In this document: piece after piece, positions 39,715 to 53,743 of the stretch
Layout: every line of letters starts with the position of its first letter
How positions within the stretch are numbered: position 1 is the stretch's first letter
From: Octopus vulgaris
Lineage: Eukaryota
DNA length: 64,000 nucleotides
Direction of reading: 5' to 3'
Assembly: GCA_951406725.2 (NCBI GenBank)
Contig: OX597815.1
Span: 47,802,001 to 47,866,000 of the forward strand
The notes under the pieces: generated by a model
Seen by the model: only the letters and a program-made list of their open reading frames with translations
Databases searched by the model: none
Told to the model about the DNA's origin: nothing
Position numbers and translations under genes: made by a program

Positions 39715-40190
39715 AATAAAATACAAAATGGGACAAGAACGCAAAACATCCGGACAACTAGGTGATACAAAAAGGGACAACAAAACATCCAGATAGACGA
39801 TACAAAAAAAAACAAAGATGGGTCATTCGAAGCCTTTTATCCTCAGTCAAGAACCAGATCATCCTCGCAATTTCGGCTGATTAATCTTGGGTCACTGCCA
39901 CATCGATATTCTTCCCTCTGTCGTAAGGCTTCATTTTCACACACGTCATCTGAATTCAATTCGTCCCCAGTCGAAAGACGCCTGTTACTATTATTATTGT
40001 TGTTGTTGTTGTTGTTATTTATATTCATGTAACATCGACTGTTTTTCCGTCCTTGTTTTCGTATACATTCGATGCTTTTTTCCAAGGAATCTAATGCTCT
40101 TAGCTTAGTTTTTCCTTGGGGCAGGCCAGATTGGAACAATCTCAAGATTAATCAGCCGAAATTGCGAGGATGATCCGGTTCTTGACTGTT
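39715..40190. mobile_element. Repeat family E copy with an inverted partial duplicate
   Basis: CAGTCAAGAACCAGATCATCCTCGCAATTTCGGCTGATTAATCTTG (~39844-39890) is the reverse complement of ~40143-40189. Confidence 0.85.
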
Positions 40191-40217
40191 ATATATAGCG
40201 GCGTACGTACAGTTTGT

Positions 40218-40327
<110 letters not shown>

Positions 40328-41487
40328 GTCGACTGGCAACTATAATAGAAGATATTTGCCCATGGTGCCACACTTAGTGAAAGGAGCAATAGGAAAGTAC
40401 TATTTGTAAACTGTATGAAATTTTAGATGTTTTGTAAATAGAGTTTAGTCAAAGTATTTGTATGTGAAGTTAGAAGGCAACTAAAAGTTTTTATAGACGC
40501 TATTACTCATCATCATAATTACTTCATTTTCTACAACGTTTAAAAGTTATACTGACATTGTGTTTGCAGTCTATTGTGGCTTCATTCTGCTTATCTAACA
40601 GGTTTCGTCTGCTATTAGAATATCTAATGCTTCATATGAGCATAACCAATAATCCTGTCCGTCACCTAGCTATAGTTCAGCAGAACTAATGAAATTTATG
40701 GAACACATATTAATATAATATAATTGTAAATGTGATTGTGTAGTGAATAGTGTTGCTTCGCAACAACGTGGTTTCTTAAAAACTGTCATTAAAAATATAT
40801 ATTAACCATATTAAGTTAACATGGCTGGAACAAGATATTTCGAGTTTTCTTTGTTTTCAGTGCGTCATAAGAAGTAAATGTATTTATTTGTCCACGACAA
40901 ATGATATAAAAAATTTAAAAAACTTTTAGAAAATCCTATTTCGCAAAAGAAAACTGTTAAGAAACGAAAGTAAAGTATCGAACGGCAGAGTGCCGGGCAG
41001 ATATTATAAAGAAGCTAGTGTGACGATGTCACTATTGAAGTTTGATCCACCAATTAATTTAATTAAATTTCTAATCAACGTGAGCAAATCATAGCTATTA
41101 ACTAATCAGGTGTATCGAACGTTAACAGAAAATAATTAAATCGATTAGCAGTAAATACATGAAATTCAATTAATTAGTTTTCTGTAAACTTATGGCCGTC
41201 TTCATTCCATATGACTTTGTCTTAGTTGTGGTAAGGATGTAAAGGCTATTGAACAATCGCATTTGCAGAAGGATTCCTGTAGAGGTGTACCAAAAGTGTT
41301 TGTTACAAGAAATTGTAATTGCGAACACATTTTTCCAGGAAAAACAGCCGCTTTTACAGGTCATTGAGCTTGTCGTGAGATCATGAAGAAAGGCTTGTTG
41401 TAAGTATATAGACATCATTTATTGCTACACCAAAACAGAAGGCGTTCATACAATAAAGGAAGAGTAAATTTTATATGAAACGACGTA

Positions 41488-41866
41488 TATTAAGAGAAAA
41501 CTGGAAAATGTACCTAGACGATTGTTTTATCATCTGGAATGAAACCTATGATAAACTCCTGGATTTCAAATCCACACTGAACAATATAAACTCCAATATT
41601 TAATATACAATGGAATATAGCAAGGAACAGCTCCCATTTCTGGACATTTTGATTACAAAAATATCCAACGACCAAATTACAACTGATATCTACTACAAAC
41701 CAACAAACTCAAAACAGTATCTCCTTCATGACATCCTAAACACACCAAAATAAATATCCAGTTCAATCTAGCTAAAAGGATCTGTACAATTGTATCTGAC
41801 ACAACCACTCGGAAATTTCACCTACAAGACCTCAAGATAACACTCATTGAACGTCAATACCCACTC
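41488..41866 (+). mobile_element. Penelope-like element reverse transcriptase fragment
   Basis: WKMYLDDC, TLNNINSNI*YTMEYSKEQLPFLDILI, TTDIYYKPTNSKQYL, HPKHTKINIQFNLAKRICTIVSD and LIERQYP are typical PLE RT/thumb motifs. Confidence 0.9.
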
Positions 41867-41968
41867 GCACAGTCCTGGATGACAGTTCTGAAAGCCAAAG
41901 CGAAAGAACGCCCCAAGCGAATACCATTACAAAATTTTTGGGGAATGCATTCAACGTATCTCAGCTCC

Positions 41969-42087
41969 AAAGATTTGGCTGCTATTTCTAGCACGCCCTG
42001 CTATCACGTAACATCTATTTGCGATATAGGACCCGAAATATCTGTTACGTGGTAGCAGGGCGTGCAAGAAATAGCAGCCAAATCTTT
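41969..42087. repeat. Near-perfect 45-bp-arm hairpin
   Basis: AAAGATTTGGCTGCTATTTCTAGCACGCCCTGCTATCACGTAACA pairs with TGTTACGTGGTAGCAGGGCGTGCAAGAAATAGCAGCCAAATCTTT around a 29-nt loop. Confidence 0.92.
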
Positions 42088-43125
42088 CCTTTTCTGGGGA
42101 AAGGAGCCGTTTACGCGTGATTTCGATGTCACATTCGTTGAAAGCATGCGAAATAACCTGGAAAAGAAAAAAATCCACGAAACAAGACTTCGTTGCTGGG
42201 AAACTCAGACTTTCCAGGTTATCCAACGGGTCACGGGTAATCTAGCATATATACAAAAACGTGCTGATATACATTAATTTCATGTCGCTACTCAGAATTT
42301 CTATTGCGTTTACAACGTTCTCTCTTCTGAATTACAACCGGTCTTGGCCGGCCATCTAATGTACGTTAGGTTTTTCTCATTATTGCTATTGTATTTCATT
42401 CCAAACCGCCATGCTCATTAAACTTTAATCTAATTAAATTGCTCGATCCTTTCTAAGCTCAGGTCTATAACATTTTTATATTTCTTATATGCATCCTCCT
42501 CCGTCGTAAAACATTAAAAACTAAGAGATACGTACGTAAAAACATATTTTTGTTTGCATGTACATTTAAATAAAATTACGCATGCATACAAACATACATA
42601 TGTACTTATTGACATACGTAACAAAGACCATTAGAGGTATATTTAATACCAAACAAGATAAGTTTTTGATTTAATGAAATTATCTTTTCTTCGAGAGAAT
42701 AGCACATAAATGCCCTGTGGCAATTGCGACCAACTCCAAATGAGAATGAGAGATAAACCCAAGAATCAAGAATTCACCGGGCTGGACACGCCATTTGGGA
42801 ATGGACAGTTTGATTGTCTAGGGACAAAGGAACAGCTGTCAACACGTGTTTCTATCTCAAAATACGTCTTCAACTCAGCAATTGTTCTATCTGCTCCTCA
42901 GTCAACACATGGCAAAGAGAGTAGAAAACAATTATGATTGTAAAGCAATTTACATAATTTAAACAACATTTAGCTTCGAGAAATAACTCAGGCTGGTGAG
43001 TGGTATGAATAAGGGTATTTTAAGAACCATACATATATCAATACTTATTTTTCATATATACATGCATATATAGACGCATATTTGTTCACATACACATATA
43101 AATGTTTAATTACATATACACAAAC

Positions 43126-43386
<261 letters not shown>

Positions 43387-44819
43387 CTTATTTACATACA
43401 TTCACATATTTGCGTATGTACTGGATTATTGCATATATACGTATTTAAATGCATGCATACTAATGTTATACATTTACACGTATTCTATTGACAATATTAA
43501 TGCCGCAGCTACTTCAGCTATCAAGTTAATTTACACGCCAACAATATACCTCGTTAAATGCATTAGACAATTCCTTTATATGATTAACTAAAACTCCGTA
43601 AAGATAGTGGAATTAAGATGCATGTCACCAAGGCACGCTACGGCATTCTATTTTCTATTGAAGCAAGTATGCAACGAATGTAATATAAAACCGTTAATAC
43701 TAACTAGGTGTCCCCACCACCACCACCACCACCACCCTGGTGAACTGAAGCAGAAAGCGAAATGATAAGGCAAATAATAACCCAACAACTTTACCTCGAT
43801 TCATTTCAATTGTGTTGACAGCAAGTCAGTAAGTCTGTTGTAGTTGACTTCATTAAATGGTATTGTTTTCTTTAGTGAAATGCGATAAGCTAAATCTGCC
43901 AAATTCATCAACTATTTTGCATTAAAAACACATACATTGACAACAAATACATGCGAGTCACATATGGAATCTTTATACGGTCGCTAGAAATAACAGCCAA
44001 ATTTACTACATATCCAACCTTACAGTTTAGAATAATAAACATTGAATAATATAGCTCGTCGTACATAATGTCAGAGATAAAAGAAAAGGAGGTGTGATAG
44101 TTATGGCTCGAATGCCCTTTCACCTGGGTTAAACAAGAACAACATCATCATCTAAGTTTACATAAATGTTAGACAAATTAAGTCGGTAATATGGTAAAAT
44201 ATAGAATTAAGGTAAACTGGTTGTGATTTGTATCGGCAAAACTTAATCCATTAAAAGATTGTACAAAAATTCAGTGTGTTGATTTGCCGCAAGGAGTTAA
44301 TAAATCTAACGTTTCGGTTGTTTATCCTTTTTCGAGGAGTGACAGAGAAAGAGACGAGGAGAGGGAGAGAGAATATGTGTATGTTTTATTGATTAGTTTG
44401 GATGATAGTTAATGTAGTTATATGGAGGAAATTATGCTGGGAGAGAATGTGTGGGAGGTATGAGTATTAAAGTAGATAGTCTGAGTACTGTGGGATGTGC
44501 TGTGAGTAGTGGAGGATGTAGGTGTATGTAGGATGGGAGCTGTGTAATGGGGATGATGTGAAGTAAGAGGAGAGAGTATCCAAAGTAGTTTGTAGTAAGA
44601 TGCAGATTAGTTGTAATAAAGCGTGGTGGCGAATTCCAGGCAGGTGAAGCGTGAGATATGATGAAAATTTTGGCGCAATCCAGCAATTATAAGGGCTCAA
44701 ATGGTACTTATTTTATCGACTCCGAAAATATATTTGGCTGAAAGGAAAATACCTCAGGTGAGTATTCAACACACAAAGTACAAAACATTGTAGAGTTTCT
44801 CATATATGATACAATGAGT

Positions 44820-45195
44820 TATCTTTTACTTGTTACATTCATTGGACTACAACCATATTGAGGCACAGCGTTCAATGATCTGGTCGAACAAATTGATCCT
44901 AGCACATATTTAAGTTTGGTACTTATTCGATCGGTTTCTTTAACCAAACTACAAAGTTATGGGGACAAAAATAAACCAACACTGGTCATCAAACAGTAGG
45001 AGAATATATACAAATATAAGAACACACACATACACGCGTGCGCGTGTGTGCATACGACAGGCTTCAACACAGTTTCCGTCTAAAAAATTCCCTCGCAAGG
45101 CATTCGTTGTCCCGGGGCTATAGCAGAAGACACTTGCTCGACGTGCCACGTAGCAGGACTGAACCCGTAATCACGTAGTTAGAAAGCTAGCTTCT
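44820..45195 (-). mobile_element. SINE family A, degraded full-length
   Basis: Reverse complement of the head (GGACTGAACCCG), core (TATAGCAGAAGACACTTGC) and tail. Confidence 0.8.
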
Positions 45196-45486
45196 ACAAC
45201 AGCATTCCATCCGTAACCATTTCGTCTTTTGTAATGGTTTCTCTAGGACTATTTTATCTACCTTAGCTAATGAAGCCTGGTCGGGTTGAGTTACCAAAAA
45301 AAAAAGCATTCCAGCCATGACCGCCCTATCTTTAGTTATGTTTTGTATAGAACTACAGAACCCAATATATCTGATTGAACTTTAATCAAACTGAGCTATC
45401 AGCAAAGCATTCCAACCGCGACCACTCCGTCTTTTGCAATGGCATGCTAGGATTACTTTATTCAATATGACCAGTCTTTATATATT

Positions 45487-45695
45487 CTTTCTACTCAAGG
45501 CACAAGGGCCGAAATTTTTTTTTGGGGGGGGGGGCTAGTCGATTAGATCCACCCCAGTACGCAACTGGTACTTAATTTATCAACCCCGAAAGGATGAAAG
45601 GCAAAGTCGACCTCGGCGGAATTTGAACGCAAAGACAGACGAAATACCTCTAAGTATTTCGTCCTGCGTGCTAACGTTTCTGCCAGCTTGCCGTC
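45487..45695 (-). mobile_element. SINE family B variant
   Basis: GAAAGGATGAAAGGCAAAGTCGACCTCGGCGGAATTTGAAC...GCTAACGTTTCTGCCAGCT. Confidence 0.88.
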
Positions 45696-45871
45696 TTCCA
45701 TTCTTTATATATTGATGTATGATACAGTTACAGAGAGTTCTAGTTGCTATTTCTTGTAGGTTGGACGGTCAAGGAGAAGCCTGGAATATTTGATCGACCA
45801 GTCGTCTCATTAAAAGTTCTCTGACAGTGGCCATATACAGTATATTTCAGAGCATATTACCTACCCCTCTA

Positions 45872-46102
45872 TTAAAACCTTTCGGCATTCACATAACTGT
45901 ATCAAATTCAATGCTTATTTAGTCATATTGTTTTGAATTAATCATGCATTATCTTACAGCTTTGAGATTTCAAGCATGTGATTGTTTTATTTTTAGAATG
46001 GCATTGTAAGATAGATGTAAGAGGCCAGATCTGGTTGATTTGAATATAAAACAAGTAGAATATTTGGACCGGATATGGCCGCTTTGAACGCTAACGAGTT
46101 AA
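45872..46102. mobile_element. TTAA-flanked piggyBac-like MITE (degenerate copy of 47101-47297)
   Basis: Shares ATTGTTTTGAATTAATC and TTTTTAGAATGGCATTGTA, and ends GAGTTAA. Confidence 0.7.
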
Positions 46103-46391
46103 AAATGATTTGGCTGATATTTCTAGTAGATCCAGTGACGGCATAGAGACTTTATGGCAGACTTTTATTAGTCGGTGGCGATATTTAGCTGGGTTAAATG
46201 TCGTGACTTGACAAGGTCAGAGTTAATTATTCTTAATCCAAATACTGTGTACCTCAACATTTAGTCGAATTAGGGTGAGGCGAGGTTTTCTTCCTTTTTC
46301 TATTTTTTGTTTTTAATTTCGTGTGTTTTGGATGAAATGTCATCCTCTCCCATCTACCCCTCTCGTCAAAACGCCAACAAATTCTTATTGG

Positions 46392-46745
46392 TCTCATCAT
46401 CATTACCATCGCCACTATCATCATCAGCATTATCATCATTATCATCATCATTATCATCATCATCATCATCATTATCATCATCATCATCATCATCATCATC
46501 CTCATCATCATCATCATCAATATCATCATCATTAACATTACCGTTTTCATCATCATCATCATCATCATCATCATCTTTATCATCATCATCGCACTCACCG
46601 TCATCAACACCGCCATCACTGTCGTTACCATCTAACAACTATAAAACAGTCTTCACAGTAATCAGTATGACTACCATCATCATCATCATCATCATCATCC
46701 TCATCATCACTCGCCACCTCCGTCATCATCATTATCGCCATCAAT
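46392..46745. repeat. Degenerate (ATC)n microsatellite
   Basis: Read directly; the source of the poly-M/S/H/D ORFs. Confidence 0.97.
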
Positions 46746-47026
46746 AGAAGCGATTCACATATACTGACATATGTGTGTAGACACTCACAGCACATGTACT
46801 AGCACTGACTATTCTACAGAAACCTACACACACACACACACACACGCACCCCCACACACACACACATTCAAAGTCCCCCCGCTCTTTGCTAACACTACAC
46901 AAATACGCACTCACACATAACAACATGTTTGCTGGGTCACGACACTCTGGGAGTTTGACAACTAAAATCTAAATTGATTAATAGTCAAAAGAGCGTTCAT
47001 ACTGAATGTTATGATATAGCATTTTA

Positions 47027-47360
47027 CAGGCATGGGTAAATTTTTTTGAGAAGTGGCCCGCGTGAGACATAGATCATCATCAGTCAGGTTGCACTATTAA
47101 CCCTTTAGTGTTCAGATTATTCTGTTAAATGTAATACTTTTTCATTCAAATTGTTTTGAATTAATCCTGGATTATCTTATAACTTTGAGGTTTCAATGAT
47201 GTGATTGTTTATTTTTAGAATGGCATTGTAGGTTAGGTTGAATATAAAACATCTAGAATATATTGGGCCGGATTTGGCCAGTTTAAACACTAAAGGGTTA
47301 AACTATTGAAACATTTAAGGTAATTCAGGAATCACGCGGGCCGCAATTTGCCCATGTCTC
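47027..47360. mobile_element. hAT-like MITE containing a nested piggyBac-like MITE (47101-47297)
   Basis: Outer TIRs CAGGCATGGGTAAATT and AATTTGCCCATGTCT. Inner element TTAA-CCCTTTAGTGTT...AACACTAAAGGG-TTAA. Confidence 0.82.
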
Positions 47361-47691
47361 GCTAGTATTTATTGCGTCGGTATATGTAGGATAAATTTAT
47401 GTATGTACATGTTTGTGTTAATAAGTGTTTGGCCCAAGTGGCCGGAGAAAATCTTTTCACTCACGTAACTGCTGTCGCTTACTAAGCGATAGTATATCCA
47501 TCGTGACATCATGTGACCAATTGCACTCCACCTACCAGTAAACATCTTGGACTTCCTGTATCTCTCCGTTCATACGGATTCTCACCAACCTGAGGAGATA
47601 GTCTCCGTTAAGGGCTTCGAAACTTGAAATAGCACAGAATCCGATCAAACTATTTTGAATATTGTATATAATATAGATATCTATATCTATA

Positions 47692-47740
<49 letters not shown>

Positions 47741-47763
47741 ATATATATATATATATATATATA

Positions 47764-48121
47764 GGCGCAAGCGTGGTTGTGTGGTAAAGAAGCTTGCTTC
47801 CCAACCACATGCGTGGCAGCTTGAGTCAGTCTCCTTTTCTATAGCTTCGAGCTGACCAAAGCCGAGTGGATTTGGTAGACGGAAACTGAAAGACGCCCAT
47901 CGTATATATATATGTATATATGTATATATTTGTGTGTCTGTGTTTGCCCCCCCCCCCTCCCGCTCGACAACCGATGTTGGTGTGTTTACGTCCCCGTAAC
48001 TTAGTGGTTCGGCAATAGAGGCCGATAGAATAAGTACTAGGTTTACAAAGAATAAGTCCTGGGGCCGATTCTTTCGTCTAAATGAATGGCCGCAGTCAAA
48101 TGACTGAAGCAAGTAAAAGAG

Positions 48122-48122
<1 letters not shown>
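47764..48122 (+). mobile_element. SINE family A
   Basis: GGCGCAAGCGTGGTTGTGTGGTAAAGAAGCTTGC...ATGACTGAAGCAAGTAAAAGA. Confidence 0.9.
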
Positions 48123-48158
<36 letters not shown>

Positions 48159-48479
48159 CAGAAAGGGAGGAATTTCTTATATATATATATATATATACAT
48201 TACCGATGTCACGTACCTCATATATGTGTTTTGTTTGAGTGCTCTTTAGCTGCGGGATTGCGTCAGGGGAGAAGACCCTTTATGACGCCGAGTGTTATAA
48301 ATTCCCTGAATATCTCAAACCGGATGAGACAACTCGCCCCGTGAATAAACGAGGATGATAGATGTCTTTATTTCGCTGTTATTTTACTCATCTGCATCAT
48401 ATACCAGAATCACCTCAAAGTGAAATGGAATCACTGGTCTGAGATATATATGCAAATTGTGTAGAATCCATCTGCTACT

Positions 48480-49372
48480 GTGCAACAGCACTGACTTATA
48501 ATCCAAAAAATTTAATATTGTTTTACTTGTGCATTGTAACCAAATGATCTCCTCTTTTGTTTCCCTTTCCTGATCCAAACATAACTATTTCTCTCCCTGT
48601 CGTCCTTTTCAAACCTCTGCGTTGAAATCTCCCATCACTATGATATAAGTAGCTCATGGGTAGAATCCTTCCACTTTGTCGTCTTCGTTCGCATTTGTGG
48701 GAGCATAGATCTGAATGATCTTCAGGATGGCATTTCTCGAGAGACGGATGTTTAGCATACCGATGCATGATGAAGGCAATTGGCAAGAAACAGTTTTCGA
48801 AGCCCATTCTCTGCTTACGATGAACCCTATACCAGCTGTTACTCTCGCACCTTCCGCTTTTCCCAATCTAACGACACGTCCATATGTCCATCTCAGATTT
48901 ATTTATTTTCTTCAACGTGTTTCACAGAGGCCTAGCAAATCGCATTTGATTCTCTTTTTTCTTTTCCATTAGATGGGTCATTCCGGTTCTCCCTGCCAAA
49001 GACCTGCAGTTGTAAGTACATATGGCAAGGGCCGTTATCCGTTTCCTTGGCGTCTTATAGGTTCCTGATACTCTCAGCGGACTCCGGTCGCACGGGTTTC
49101 GCTCCGCCGCCATAGAGCAATCTGATTGTCCAGCAGGACACTGAGGCCCATTTCTTCGTATCGTTTTAGCTTGCAAAACGAAGCCACCTTGCTAGCTAGG
49201 CAGGCAGGATCTTTTATTTACCTCTTCAGTTTAACTAGCTTCCAGCTTCTAGCGAGTAGACAATGTGGTCGCTTCCGTGAAGCAGTCGTTCGGGAGGGTC
49301 AGTAGTCCAGTACCTGCCAGGGCATTCGCCACGCAACCTTAGCAACCGAACAACCACTGTCACGGTTACACC
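48480..49372 (-). mobile_element. RTE-clade LINE 5' part: UTR and AP-endonuclease domain (pseudogenised)
   Basis: Across frameshifts it reads LAICTYNCRSL, GIGFIVSREW, IIQIYAPTNANEDDKVEGFY and MGDFNA. Confidence 0.9.
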
Positions 49373-49499
49373 ATTATGAAGTGCTGCAGTAGGAATTCGA
49401 TATACATACGTTTGCAATGTATGTGTGTATATGTAAACACATTAAACACACACGCACATGCATATATACATACTTATGCACTTAATGCATATACATATA

Positions 49500-49681
49500 C
49501 GAGGGGTGCTGAAAAGTTCCTGGTTTTGGGGAAAAGAAAATACAAGTGGATGAGTTAATTATGAGTTTAGTCAACATATTCCCCTCTCAAATTCACGCAC
49601 TTATTCAGTTTTTCTAAGCCCTATAAAAGAATAGGAAGTTTGAGCCTCCAACCAGGCCATGAACTGTTCAGCGCCCCTTCG
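49500..49681. mobile_element. Mariner-type MITE (family of 23941-24157), internally deleted
   Basis: CGAGGGGTGCTGAAAAGTTCCTGG...GAACTGTTCAGCGCCCCTTCG. Confidence 0.85.
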
Positions 49682-50242
49682 TTTACTCACACACACACAT
49701 GCACATGTATATATATGATCTTTCTTTCTTGGCCTGACTGCCGACCGTCAACACCTCTTATGTCCATCTCCTGTGTTCCTGCCTTTAGGTTTTCACTTCT
49801 TACACGCCAGCTCAATTTGATTCATTCTCAGTCGAAAGACACCTGTTGTTATATTCTTATTGTCTGTATTTGGAATTATGTACGATGTTCTTCGTTTTTT
49901 GTCTTTGTTACCGTACACCTTCGCTAGCTTTCTTACAAAAAAGTTTAATGCTCTTAGCTTCGACTTTTGGTGGGGACAACCAGATCGAACTGTCTCAAGT
50001 GTAACTGCCCGAAACAGTAAGGACTTCTGGTATACTTGACTGAGGAAAGAAAGCCACGAATGACCCGTCTTTTTTTTTTGCCTGTCCTTCTAATTGTTGT
50101 TTCTCCTGCCCCCCCCCTTTGTATCGTCTATCTGTCCGAATGCTTTATTGTCCTCTATGGCGTTTTTGCTCCATTTTTATATTTATACACTAACACACAT
50201 ACACACACACACACACACATATATATGTATACACACACACAC

Positions 50243-50273
<31 letters not shown>

Positions 50274-50681
50274 TGTATGTATGTATGTATGTATGTGTAT
50301 TTGTGTGAGAGAGAGAAGAGAGAGAGAGAGAAAGAGAGAGAGAGCGAGATGGACTCTCACATCAACTTCGGTGCATGAGCATCCAGTTGTTAGGTTAGAC
50401 GAATGACCTATTCCATTGATTTTACGTACGAAGCGGCTGAGTACTCCACAGACATGTGTATCCAGACGCAATTCCCAAAGAGAATCAGTGTAGCATTGCG
50501 AGACGAGAGTGGAGGTTTGGATTACAGGTAAAAATGCATCGACTATGCTTCTTGCCCAGTATGTCACGCAGTGATATCGCAAGGTTGTGAAGTAAATTTC
50601 TGTATCCTTCAGCCACACCTGTGACCGAGTGTGTATGTCTGTGAGCGTGCGCGTACGTAGACACATACGTACATGCATATA

Positions 50682-50722
<41 letters not shown>

Positions 50723-50738
50723 AGACAGCTAAAGAAGC

Positions 50739-50802
<64 letters not shown>

Positions 50803-51284
50803 GTACACGAATGTTTATATGTATGTTTTCAGACATACATATACACGTACACAATCACAAAGCTCTCACACTACCTATAATCACACATGCAAGTACATAC
50901 ATAACACGCGCACACAAAAATGCGTGTGTGCGCGCGCGCAACACACACACATACACACACACACAACACACACACACACAACACACAACACACACACACA
51001 CACATGCAAACAGATTATTAAAGGAAAAAAACGCTAAGTCTGTGGTCTTCTGAAACTGCATCCGGTGTGTGAAGCATTTTACCTCTCCCGATTTCCGGTC
51101 TAATTACATATCATCACCAACACTTGCCATTCCTTTCCTGATCCGCTACCCGTCTCACAAGCTCTAACCTCCGCCTCACTCCCTTGCCCTACAGTTGCCT
51201 GTCTCCCCATCTCCCATTACTTGATGAAATAGTCAAGTTGATCTGAACTGATCTTAGGTTGTCATCCTATGTAATATATATATA

Positions 51285-51495
51285 CAGGGTGGACCAAAAC
51301 TCACGCACCAAGATTAAAGCTCATTTAGTATATGCTTATCGCATTTCGAAAGCAATTTTTCTAAAATTGAATAAAAGAAATAAAATATTGATAAATACAC
51401 ACGTACTTGTGCATTACGAGCAAAATGAATAAAAATGATAACGTAATATAAATAAAATGTCAAATGTTTTGGTGCGTGAATTTTGGTCCACCCTG
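51285..51495. mobile_element. Tc1/mariner-type MITE
   Basis: TIRs CAGGGTGGACCAAAACTCACGCACCAA and TTGGTGCGTGAATTTTGGTCCACCCTG, preceded by TA. Confidence 0.9.
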
Positions 51496-52049
51496 TGTAT
51501 GTATGTATGTGTCATAAGTGTGTGTATGTGTTTGTGTGTGTGTGTGTGTGTGAGTGTGTGTGGATCCCCTACTACTTGTACATAACCAAAGCACACCTCC
51601 TCTATCTAATCTATTCCTCTGCCTCACTCTCCGCTCCCATTGCTACCGTTTAAAGGCCAAGTGTCAATCCCACTTTCCAACCACCTCGCAACCTAGCCCC
51701 TACTAACAAGTGCCGTCCATCCGCCATCCACCTGTTTCGTGACCTTACACAGTAGAATACGCTGTTGTTCATCACTACCACCACCACCTCCACAACCAGC
51801 TGACAAGGATGCTGTACGTGGTTGTTTCACTTTCTAGAAATAGCAGTCGAATCTCGAATCTCCTTCAAACCACACCTTACTGAGTTGAAAATGCACAAAG
51901 GCATGGCTTGTGTGCTAAGAAGCTTGCTTCCCAACCACATGGTTCTATAGCATGGCACTTTGGGCAAATGGTTTCGACTAAAGCCTTGGGCTGATCAAAG
52001 CTTTGTTAATGGATTTGGTTGATGGAAAGGTTGTGGGGGCCACATTTAA

Positions 52050-52282
52050 GGCTGCGAGCTGGCAGAAACGTTAGCACGCCGGGCGAAGTGCTTAGCAGTA
52101 TTTCGTCTGCTGCTACGTTCTGAGTTCAAATTCCGCCGAGGTCAACTTTGCCTTTCATCCTTTCGGAGTCGAGTAAATAAGTACCAGTTACGCACTGGGG
52201 TCGATATAATCGACTTAATCCGTTTGTCTGTCCTTGTTTGTCCTCTCTGTGTTTAGCCCCTTGTGGATAGTAAAGAAATAGT
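52050..52282 (+). mobile_element. SINE family B monomer (further degraded copies at 52405-52600 and 52777-52950)
   Basis: GGCTGCGAGCTGGCAGAAACGTTAGCACGCCGGGCG...TAGTAAAGAAATAG. Confidence 0.9.
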
Positions 52283-53007
52283 TGCGGGTGCCACAAACAC
52301 AGACACACATACGCGCGCATACACAGACACACATACATGTGTGTGTGTACGTGCGTGCGTGCGTGAGTGTGTGTGTGCGTGTGTGTGTGCGTGCGTGCGT
52401 GTGTGTGACAGAATCCTTAGCACGCTGGGCAAAATACTCAGCGGCATTTGGTCCGTTTTTACATTCTGAATTCAAATTCCGCCGAGGTCGACTTTGACTT
52501 TCATCCTTTCGGAGTCGATAGCAATTGAGCACTGGGGTCGATGCAATCGGCATAACCCTCCCTCAAAATTGCTGGCCTTGTGCCAAAATTTGAAATCAAT
52601 ATTTTCGGCTGGAATTCAAGGATTTACAAGCTTTAGAACCACTGAACTAAATAACAAGAACCTACACGAGCTGCCACTATGATCAATGCCATCACCGTTA
52701 CCACAACCTTGAAAAGTAACATTAACACCCAATACTCTAACATTATCATCAAACAACCAATATTAACAGCGACGAAGGCGACGAGCCGGCAGAATCGTCA
52801 ACACGTAGGGGGAAAATGCTTAGTCTTTACTTTCTAGGTTCAAATTTCGCCGAGGTCAAGGTCGATAAAATAAATAACAGTTGAGCACTAGAGTCGATGT
52901 AAGTGATTTGCCCCCTGCCCCGAACTCGCTGGCCTTGAGCCAAAATTTCAAGCTAATATTAATAATGACCACAATGCTTACTCCGTGGGCCAAAGGCAGG
53001 TATTCTT

Positions 53008-53043
53008 TCTCTGACGAAAGTCTAAGATTAGAAGCATGTCAGA
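53008..53043 (+). ncRNA. Degenerate minimal hammerhead motif
   Basis: TCT-CTGACGA-A-AGTC TAA GATT A-GAAG-CATG-TC-AGA. It lies downstream of a PLE-like C-terminal remnant at ~52605-52655 (W..LQALEP..LN-like). Confidence 0.6.
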
Positions 53044-53527
53044 TTGTTCCTATTTTATTCTGACAACGGACAGATAAAACTTGTGGCGTAATCATTTTAT
53101 TAACTTTTCACAGCGAGGCAAAAATTATGTTTATTAAGAAAGGTTATACCATACGTTACAAATTATCCACTGAACGCTGGACTCTGACAGATTCTCACAA
53201 TACTAGATCCAAATCTCTGGAAAGAAAAACATAATAGTCACGAAATAATTATTTCCAATGAAAGGTTATTTCAACTCATTTTCGTTTGCATGTCTTCAAA
53301 TTTCTCGGCTGCTATGCAGGGCAGGAGTGTTTATTTTCGTTGCCGAAGTTGTTATTACGGTTGTAGTTGTTATTGGTGTTGTTTAATGTTCTTGTTTATA
53401 TGTTTGGTTGTGCTCGCCTTTCCTCTTATTATTCTGTTATTTCCTCTTTCGCGAAATTCTCTTCCTTTATTTATTTTTTTTCTATCTGTCGTCCTTTTCT
53501 TAATTATTTGTATTATACACACACACG

Positions 53528-53577
<50 letters not shown>

Positions 53578-53679
53578 TAGACATACATACATGCATGCAT
53601 GCATCCATACATACATACATACATATATACATACATACATACATACATACATACATACATACATACATACATACATACA

Positions 53680-53715
<36 letters not shown>

Positions 53716-53743
53716 CATATATATATACATGTGTGTGTGTATA

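Noticed and set aside
42710-42937. 75-aa ORF MPCGNCDQ...
   Set aside because: No recognisable domain, and the length is compatible with chance.
44300-44345. HHR-like motif (GG..CC-GAAACGTTAG, minus); similar weak ones at 14235-14310 and 47590-47630
   Set aside because: Too many core or stem lesions to annotate as features; at best fossils.
44432-44700. SHASPAWNSPP peptide resembling an L2/CR1 3' end; also an RTE-like C-terminal trace at 63017-63300
   Set aside because: Single short degenerate motifs, insufficient to define boundaries.
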